A DNA stretch of 8,707 nt from Zygophlyctis sp. KS116 (lineage: Eukaryota > Fungi > Chytridiomycota), in assembly GCA_054661495.1 (NCBI GenBank), contig BAAFSQ010000370.1:1-8707 (forward strand). The letters are read 5' to 3'. The stretch's first letter is position 1; every line of letters starts with the position of its first letter. The notes beneath the pieces were generated by a model. The model saw only the letters and a program-made list of their open reading frames with translations. It was not told where the DNA came from and did no database searches. Shown one piece after another: positions 1 to 7,651 of the stretch. The position numbers were made by a program, and so were the translations under genes.

Positions 1-46
1 ATGTATGAACTGTATGTAGTCCCTCGCCGCAATCATAAATCTTTAA

Positions 47-951
47 ATGCCTGGTATCTTTCTTTCAACTCAACATAGTATCTCATTCACCTGATAAAAC
101 TACTCTAACTTTGTCCAATTCATCGGTTACTATCCATCATTTTGGTGCAACAATTATCTCTTGGATACTCGATGGAAGAGAGAAACTATTTTTATCATCT
201 AAAGCTATATTAAATGGTACAAAAGCTATTAGAGGGGGAATACCTCTTGTATTTCCTCAATTTGGTCCTGGCCTTTTAGTTCAACATGGTATATTATTAA
301 TCTCACAATAGGATTTGCAAGAGTTTCTAATTGGAAATTTCAAGGGATTTTTAAAGGTACTGTTTAAAATTAAGAATTATAGATACTCCTAATCTAGTTC
401 AAGTAGCTTTTACTCTTGATCACACCATGATACCAGAATCCTTTAAATCAAAATGGCCTTTTGAATTTAATCTACTTTACACTATAACTCTTACTCCTAC
501 TACTCTGCAAGTAGATTTTAAAGTAGATAATCCAAAAAATGGACAAGATTTTTCCTTTACTAGCCTATTACACACGTATTTCTTGGTAGATATATCTAGT
601 ACTAGTCTCAATGGGCTAAAAGGAGTCGGATTCAAAGACTCTTTATTGAATACTACAAATTTACAAGATATGGAGTTATTGGAAATTGATCAAGAAGTTG
701 ATAGGGTATATTTGAATTCTCCTCCTGAGCTTTTATTATCAGATTCTAAAGGATCGATTGTGATTAGAAAGGAAGGATTTAAAGATGTTGTTGTTTGGAA
801 TCCTTGGGTGGAAAAGTCTAAAGGTATGACGGATTTTGAAGACTTGGAATATAAATCCATGATTTGTGTAGAAGTAGGCTCAGTTGGGGATGCAATTGCT
901 TTAAAGTCTGGAGAGTCTTGGACTGGATCTCAGACTCTTTCAGAGATTTAA
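47..951 (+). CDS. Glucose-6-phosphate 1-epimerase / D-hexose-6-phosphate mutarotase (aldose 1-epimerase family, yeast YMR099C-like), ~276 aa, 4 exons
   Basis: Exons 47-53, 79-288, 312-356, 383-951; GT-AG introns of 25, 23 and 26 nt. Splicing restores MPV...FGATIISW...LFLS...KAIRGGIPLVFPQFG...QHGFAR..W (motif split by intron 2), LHTYF, EVDRVY, DVVVWNPW, MICVE, all typical of the family. Confidence 0.93.
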
Positions 952-980
952 TACCTATATTACTACATTTTAATGTCTTT

Positions 981-1021
981 AAGACGCGCTTTTGAATTTC
1001 GCGTTTTTGAGAGTTTTCGTA
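981..1021. promoter_or_regulatory. Putative cis-elements upstream of epsin: ACGCG (984-988), TTTCGCGTTTT (997-1007), GTTTTCGTA (1013-1021)
   Basis: CpG-rich words clustered in a 70-nt AT-rich spacer. They resemble MCB (ACGCGT), SCB (CRCGAAA) and E2F (TTTSSCGS) cores. Function is inferred. Confidence 0.4.
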
Positions 1022-2640
1022 ATGTCTGTCAAGCAAATACTCAGAAGTACAAAGAATCTAGTAAAGGGATACTCTGATATTCAGATAAAAGTAAGGGCGG
1101 CAACATCGAATGATCCGGTAACTTATTTTGGTTTAATATTAGTGGGGACCGTCGGCAGCTATCATGTCTGAGATTTCAGATGCAACTCATACACAGTAAG
1201 AGACTTTTCGCTCAATTTAGCCATAATTTTTTGGAAATAATGGAAATGGTTGACAAACGATTGAATGATTCTGGTAAAAACTGGAGGCATGTGTTCAAGG
1301 TTGTTCAGATATAGTTTATACTAGGCATTGATACTGTTGGATTATTTATTACAACATGGATCAGAGCAAGTGATTGCTTATACAAAAGAAAATTTGTATG
1401 TTGTCAAAACACTTAAAGAGTTTCAATATATTGATGATGAAGGAAGAGATCAGGGGATTAATGGTATCAAACAATAATCTAAAATTCAAGTGCGGCAAAA
1501 AAGTAAAGATATAATCGCTCTATTAGGAAATGATGCCAAATTAAGGGAAAATAGAGCGGATGGAGGAAGAAGGCCAGAAGCCAGTTATAGTGCTAATACA
1601 CATATTCCAAGAACATATTCTGAAGAAGAGGCATTGGCTAAAGCAATTGAAGAGTCTAAAAAAACTGCTGCAGATGAGAAACATAGGAGGCTGAATGATG
1701 ATGAGTAATTGAGAAGATTCTAATGTTTAGACAGCTTCAAAAAGCTATTGAACTTAGTGAAAGAGAAGCAATAAAACGTAAAACGAAAGAAAGAGAAGAA
1801 GCCAAAGTAGTAGAGGAGTCTTCAAAAGCGTATAATGTTTTAGTATTTATAATAGGTCAACTGATTTATTGGATTTGTTTTCAGAGCCGGCTCCAGTTGT
1901 ACAGCCAAGTAATGATGCATTCTTGTTACAACAACGAGCATTATATGAACAGCAGCAAATGATTCAGAACCAAATGGCTGCTCAGCAGAATGTAATGTCT
2001 GGATTGTCGAATCAAGGGAATTCAAACAATCCTTTTATGGGAGATTCTTTTGCATATCAGCAGCAGCAACAGCAGCAGCAACAATGGTATCAGCAGCAGC
2101 AACAACAGCAAACGTATCAGCAGCAGCTTTACCAGCAACAGATGCAGCAACAACAGCAAATGATGCAACAGCAGCAACTTTATCAGCAGCAACAACAAAA
2201 TGCTCAATCCTCACCAGAGTTTGGAAAAGTTGATCTTGTTAAAACCGGGTAATTTTTATTATTAGTTAATACAAAGAGGAACAATTGATCCTTTTGCAAA
2301 TCTCGCTGCCTCTAGAATTAATCAAACTGGTTCGAATTTAGTTAATTTAGATGCAAACAATCTTGCGGCGAGGAATCCTGCTAGCATTTTAGCTGAAGAG
2401 AACGCCATAAAAAACCCTTTTGCAAGTAAAATGGTTGCAAATAGTGGTGGTAATCGATTTCAATGGGACAGCAAGCCCGTGCCAAATACAAATATGAGCT
2501 TGGCAGAGATAGCTCAAGGAAAAGGCAATCAGGGGTCTTATCCTCAGATGGGACAGGGTCAAAATATGGTGCCAGGATATCCAAACTATCCTCAAAACCG
2601 ACCACCAAATACTAGCCAGGGGGGCCAAAATCTATTTTAA
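1022..2640 (+). CDS. ENT1: Epsin (ENTH domain, two UIMs, Q-rich region, NPF/DPF and clathrin-box motifs), Ent1/Ent2-like, ~478 aa, 8 exons
   Basis: Exons 1022-1117, 1143-1195, 1221-1299, 1325-1463, 1491-1704, 1731-1829, 1856-2248, 2277-2640; introns 25,25,25,27,26,26,28 nt. Spliced product has ENTH hallmarks KNLVKGYSDIQIKVRAATSNDP|WGPS, KRLNDSGKNWRHVFK|ALILLDYLLQHGSE, LKEFQYIDDEGRDQGINV|RQKSK; UIMs EEEALAKAIEES and DEQLQKAIELS; NNPF, DPF, KNPF. The ENTH part is absent from the supplied ORF track. Confidence 0.93.
2055..2198 (+). repeat. Imperfect CAG/CAA trinucleotide repeat encoding a Tyr-punctuated polyglutamine tract in epsin
   Basis: Mixed CAG/CAA codons. The unit TATCAGCAGCA recurs at 2055, 2088, 2115 and 2181. 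Translates as YQQQQQQQQQWYQQQQQQQTYQQQLYQQQMQQQQQMMQQQQLYQQQQQ. Confidence 0.95.
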
Positions 2641-2644
2641 ATTT

Positions 2645-2653
2645 AAAACGCGA
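2645..2653. promoter_or_regulatory. Putative cis-element AAAACGCGA in the 21-nt epsin-EXO84 spacer
   Basis: Exact reverse complement of TCGCGTTTT at 999-1007 in the previous spacer. Confidence 0.4.
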
Positions 2654-2661
2654 TTTTAGTA

Positions 2662-5520
2662 ATGGACGGGAAAACATTGCGATTACTTGATGAAAAAAAT
2701 GATTCTTCTTCCTGTGAGGTTATGAGTATTAATAGATTAGACATGAATTCCCTTTTGGCAATGCAGGATTCTGAAGCCGGCGTAAGGGAATTATATCGTA
2801 CACTTGTTGACTCGTCTGAGAAGGCAGCAGCCAATATTCAGTCGCATGTTTATGCGCATTACTCAGAATTTGTTCTTATTTCAAAGGAAATCTCTAAATT
2901 AGAGTCCGATATGCTATATATCCACGGAATGATACAGGAATTGGAGAATCTAGATGGGATATGGAGTCCGATAAGTAAGAATAATTTACAGCCTTTTACA
3001 TTCTTCACTAGTTTGTCATGGTGAATAAAATGATCGCCAAAACTCAACTCATTTTATAGGTCAGAGTGTTTCCATCAATGCTGAAGATATAACAAAAACA
3101 GAACAAGAAGCTAATGGGGATAAGCAAAAGAATCTGGAATTGACATTAAATATACAGAAAGAAAACATGAAATCGCTATATCATCAAATCGACGGTCTAT
3201 CGGTAATATTAATGCATTAAAAAAATACTTTTATATTCATTGAACGATCACTAATATTTTAGAAAATACTGCCAGAAAAGCCAGATCGATATTTGATACG
3301 GGATGGGGCAAAATCCAGAATCTGGGAAATTACCAAAGAAGCTAGAATGGCTCATATGTATATTTCGAGTGATTGTGTAATTATCACTTTATGGAAGAGA
3401 AATAAAGTCAGCGGGAAGACGAATTTGGTTGCATCGAAAGTTTTTGGTTTTGGAGAATTCACTCTGGAAGATGTTGCAGATACTACCGAATTCATAAATG
3501 CATTTAGAATCAATGGCGTAAATGAATCATTGTCTTATCGATGCGAATTTCAGGAAGAAAAGGACCAAATATTTATTGATGTTCGAAATGTCCAGGAGAA
3601 AAATAAAAAATCTTCTGAATCCAGTAATGATTTGTAAACAGTTAAAAATATATAGACTTGTTAGCGGGCGATAGTGAAAAAAAAGAAGACATTGAAAAGG
3701 TTTCTCAAAATTTAGCAAAGTGGCTCGCTGAAATACCAGATGAAATGGATGTTCTGTTAGCTCATAGGGATTTTGATGAGGCGGTAGCATATGTAGAGCA
3801 AGGTATTTAATAATAATTCATAATTTAGCTCGTGATGCAATGGCAGAAATCCGTAATCCACCATCGAATTTACAATATATAAGAAAGCAAATCATGGAAA
3901 GGGCTAATACATTATCTAGACTTGTAAGTATCGAGCTTGCGAGTCCTGTAGCAACAAAAAATCAAGTGCAGAACAATATTGATCGACTTTTGCGTTTACA
4001 AATGGGCAGTCGAGCACGAGATATTTTTCTTACAGCCAGGACTCATATCATTCGTCACAGAATTCGTCAAATCACTCTATCAGGATCAATGGTTCTGTAT
4101 GTTTCTGAATTGGCCGAAGTCATATTTCGACTAATTAGAAATACATGCGACTGGTATAGCAGTTCATTCAAGGATACAACTATGGCTTCAGGCTTTATGA
4201 AGTGGGTTTTTCAAGAAGTTGAATTTTTTACAAATATTGTTAGACGTCAAGTTTTTGATTCAAAGCAGAATTTTAATATTATTGCAGAATGTATGCAGAG
4301 TACTTTGGAATATTGCAAACAGGTTGGATAATCATTTGCTTAACTCTAGCTTCGAGAAGTTGGATTAGACTTAACATTTATGCTTGAATACAGCTTTCAA
4401 GACGATATAATTTGCTCAATAGAATATCACGCCAAAACCTGCGAAGATGGAATAATTAAGTCAATTGTTGACGACAAGTTTGAAGCAAAGGCTCCAGATT
4501 ACCTCTTCTGGTCTGCACGTGGAATTATTCTAGTGTCAATTAATGCCCCAAAAGTCAGTCAATCTGCTTATGAACTACACGGAGTTTTAATCAACTTTGC
4601 ATCAGACGTTGCTGTTCTCATGTCCTTGACTCTATATTCTAAAATTGTGTGGTGTTTATGTACATTCTTTGGAACATATATTAACACCATGCTAAAATGT
4701 ATGGAAAAGGAATACACAAATATTCAATATGTAGTAATGTTGGTAGATAGTATATTTGTCAATGAAACTATTCTGCCAAATGTACGAGAACAGTTATCTG
4801 TAAGTCTAACAAATTGAATGAATTTGTAGGACCGATTTCGTAGAAAAATCCCAGAATTGGTTGAACACCAAGAAAGATTAAGAGGTATGTCAAATAAAAA
4901 GTAAAAAGCATAGTTTTGGTAGCTTCCATGAAAGAAAACTATATCAAACAAACACTTAATCGCATTACTACTAGTATCTATCCATTTGAAACTGTGAATT
5001 ATGCAAATGTAATTTAAACTTTGTCTCATTCACAGTCTGCTGACGTTCTTGATGACTGCTTACCGTCTGAAGATATTATGAAGGTAAACGAAAATGAAAA
5101 AATAAGTAATACAGTTATTGTTAGAAATTAATAATATTGGATATGAATTGGATCCTTCTCTTGACAAACAAGAAATATTAGTTCAAATTATTGATCAGCT
5201 TATTGAATATATGTTAAAAGGCAAGTTTATCAGCGTAATATTTAGGCCACTGTTGGAGTACCGAAAATGGACCGAGAGTATTTGGTTTTGGGGGAGTTCA
5301 GCAAATGATTCTAGATATACAGCTTTTCCTTCGGATCTGTGGTAACTTTGTATCTCAAAAATCCAATGAGAATGCTAGCCTAATTTGCGAGAATGGACTT
5401 CGAGCATATTTCGCCCAGGAATCTGAAATCACTGGCGATCTTCGTATAGGAGACTGGTATGAAGAGCGAGTTCATTCAATTGTTGAGCAGATTGCAGAAT
5501 TGTATATCGGGCTCAAGTAG
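2662..5520 (+). CDS. EXO84: Exocyst complex component Exo84 (Vps51-like N-terminal coiled coil, PH domain, Exo84_C helical bundle), ~819 aa, ~12 exons
   Basis: Exons 2662-2713, 2741-2974, 3060-3202, 3263-3623, 3656-3802, 3829-4322, 4350-4799, 4830-4884, 4914-5008, 5036-5083, 5115-5220, 5246-5520; introns 27,85,60,32,26,27,30,29,27,31,25 nt give one continuous frame. Motifs VYAHYSEFVLISKEISKLESDM, WLAEIPDEMDVLLAHRDFDEAV, LLRLQMGSRARDIFLTAR, CKQ|LREVGLDLTFML match Exo84/EXOC8 as I recall the family. Confidence 0.88.
5221..5245 (+). other. 25-nt GC-AG intron in EXO84
   Basis: AAAG|gcaagtttatcagcgtaatatttag|GC. Only the GC donor joins the 5118 ORF frame to the 5305 ORF frame. The nearby GT at 5225 would remove 21 nt and run into the stop at 5343-5345. 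Confidence 0.8.
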
Positions 5521-5549
5521 CCCTACGAAAACAAGTCAAATAGATCGAT

Positions 5550-7651
5550 ATGATTAACAAGCATCAATGGATGATGGTAGAATATTCGATTTAAGCCATA
5601 GAATCTAATCAAGAATGAAAATAAATATTGTGCATCAATGATCAAACAATTACGTCCAACATCTGCAGCATTGAAAAGTGTAAGATTATACCATTAAAAT
5701 TAAGGGGATGAGGCGATTGCTGCCGAAAAGAGAATCTCAGCTTGCACCATTCCGAGTTGGTGAATTTGAATACATTATTAATGTGAACCACATGCGTCAT
5801 CAGTATTATCGAAAATCAGGAACAAAGGAAACTCTAATCTTTGATTCTAATTGGTTGAAGCCATTCAAAGGACATTTAACTCATACTAAATTTTCAAATG
5901 ATTATTTTGCATTTATTGAATCAATTGGGGAAGACGGAAGTTTGTACGTTTATCGCATCGGAATGCTAAGACCGACGCTCATATTTCAGATTGACAAGGT
6001 TTTCAGATTTTCATGGGGATCAGGCTGTATATATTTTTCTAGGCTGGACAAGACTCTTAGAGCATCCAAGGTATGATCCATTTTTTAAAACGTAGATATT
6101 TTATCGTAATTTAAAGGATCATGAGGAAAGACTGATATTTCAAGAGGATAATAATAATTATTTTCTTGATCTATACTCAACAAGAGATCAGGTAATTAAG
6201 ATATTTTAAAATTATAAGAAATACGCAATAGTTGTATCAAATGGTAGAGATTCAAACGAATGTGTCTCTTTTGATGCAGCTGGTAGAATCGTAAAAAAGT
6301 TTATAAAGAGAGCTTCAAACGTACAGTATTATATTGAACACCACAGAGATCAATACCTGATTTTATACAAATCATCAAATCATCAATTTACTCTATATAG
6401 ACTTTCAAAGGATTCTTTGTTTGATTTCTCCCTTGAAAATGCACAAAAGTTGATTTCTTTTGAGAAAAATGAACATGTTGTAGATTTAGAAATATTCAAA
6501 GACTATATTGCCGTTTTTATGAAAAAGAATAGCTTTTCAGTTCTAAAATGCTATGATATCAATTCAAGTACTGATCATATTGTTAATCTACCGAATGAAT
6601 TTTGTAGCTTAAAGTCTGGAAATAACTTTGTATGTTTTAGAAAACTAAAGATAGAATTATGAATCAGATATTGTACGTTTTTCCTATTCAGATTTCGAAA
6701 CTATCTATTCTGAATGCGAATACAATATGAAGACAAAAGAATTTAATCAACTCTCCTCTCAAAATTCTTTTCAATCGTGGATTAAAGGTGTAATTGTATC
6801 AAGAGAATGGATTACTTCTCATGATAGTGTTCAGGTGCCGATTACTATTTATAGACACAAGGAATTTACGAAAGAGTATATTTATTAAGTTTTACAAAAG
6901 ACCGTCTCAAACTGTTTTAATTGTATATGGAGCATATGGAACACCTCTAGAACCGCATTTTAGGATGGAAATACTTCCTCTGTTGGAGCGTGGATTTGTA
7001 GTCGTTTTGGGGCATATAAGAGGTGGTTCAGAACTTGGAATAAATTGGTATGAAGCTGGGAAACTGCATCAAAAAGAAAATTCATTTCTCGATTCATACT
7101 ACATTCTCAAAGAATTAATCAGCAAGGGAATTTCTGACCCATTACGAATTGGGATTATGGGGACGAGTGCAGGCGCTCTTGTGGTTGGAGCTCTTTTGAA
7201 CAGATATCCCGGTATTTTATATTATATAAATAATTCAATAGGACTTATTAAATGTGCTATATTGCGTGTACCATTTCTCGATCCTTTAACTTCAATGATG
7301 GATCCTTCACTACCATTAACAACAACTGAACATTTGGAATGGGGAAATCCAATAAAAGACAAGACAATTTATTCTTTAATCAAGAATTATTCTCCCGTTG
7401 AAAACTTGAATAGTCAAACGTTAGAATCAACTGATATTTGGATAACTGCAGGTCTTGAAGATCAAAGAGTCCCATTATGGCAGTCACTAGGATACACTAG
7501 AAAACTACGAGATTTGACAAATTCTAATAATAGTGGAAAACTTGTTTTATTTCTATCAAAGGATCGAGCGCATACTTTTGAACCTCAAATCGACCAAGAA
7601 ATCCATGAAACATGTCTTGAATTAGCATTTTTAATACAATCCTTGAATTAA
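5550..7651 (+). CDS. Prolyl oligopeptidase family S9A serine peptidase, oligopeptidase B (PtrB)/PREPL-like, ~639 aa, 8 exons
   Basis: Exons 5550-5576, 5602-5679, 5705-6070, 6096-6191, 6219-6629, 6655-6875, 6901-7211, 7242-7651; introns 25,25,25,27,25,25,30 nt. Motifs ENKYC (cf. ENAYT), SHDSVQVPITI, YGAYG, HIRGGSELGINWYEAGK, nucleophile GTSAG, VPFLD, PLTTTEHLEWGNP, YSPVEN, DQRV (Asp), RAH (His). The start codon is less certain than the body. Confidence 0.9.

Noticed and set aside
2022-2207. Minus-strand poly-Leu ORF resembling a membrane peptide
   Set aside because: It is simply the antisense reading of the epsin CAG/CAA repeat.
2249-2265. 17-nt intron using the proximal TAG acceptor in epsin
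   Set aside because: It produces an immediate stop and loses the DPF/NPF tail. The AAG at 2276 (28 nt) keeps frame.
3209-3220. Perfect palindrome TTAATGCATTAA in the 60-nt intron
   Set aside because: AT-rich, single occurrence, compatible with chance; no snoRNA boxes recognised.
818-5029. Short minus-strand ORFs (818-1036, 1840-2025, 2381-2608, 2389-2628, 2643-2834, 2859-3047, 3527-3790, 4724-5029)
   Set aside because: Shadow ORFs opposite well-supported genes, with no recognisable motifs.
6794-6900. N-terminal part of the 285-aa ORF as the start of a separate peptidase gene
   Set aside because: This is the wrong frame upstream of the 6876-6900 intron. The true frame encodes SREWITSHDSVQVPITIY, continuous with the upstream exons.
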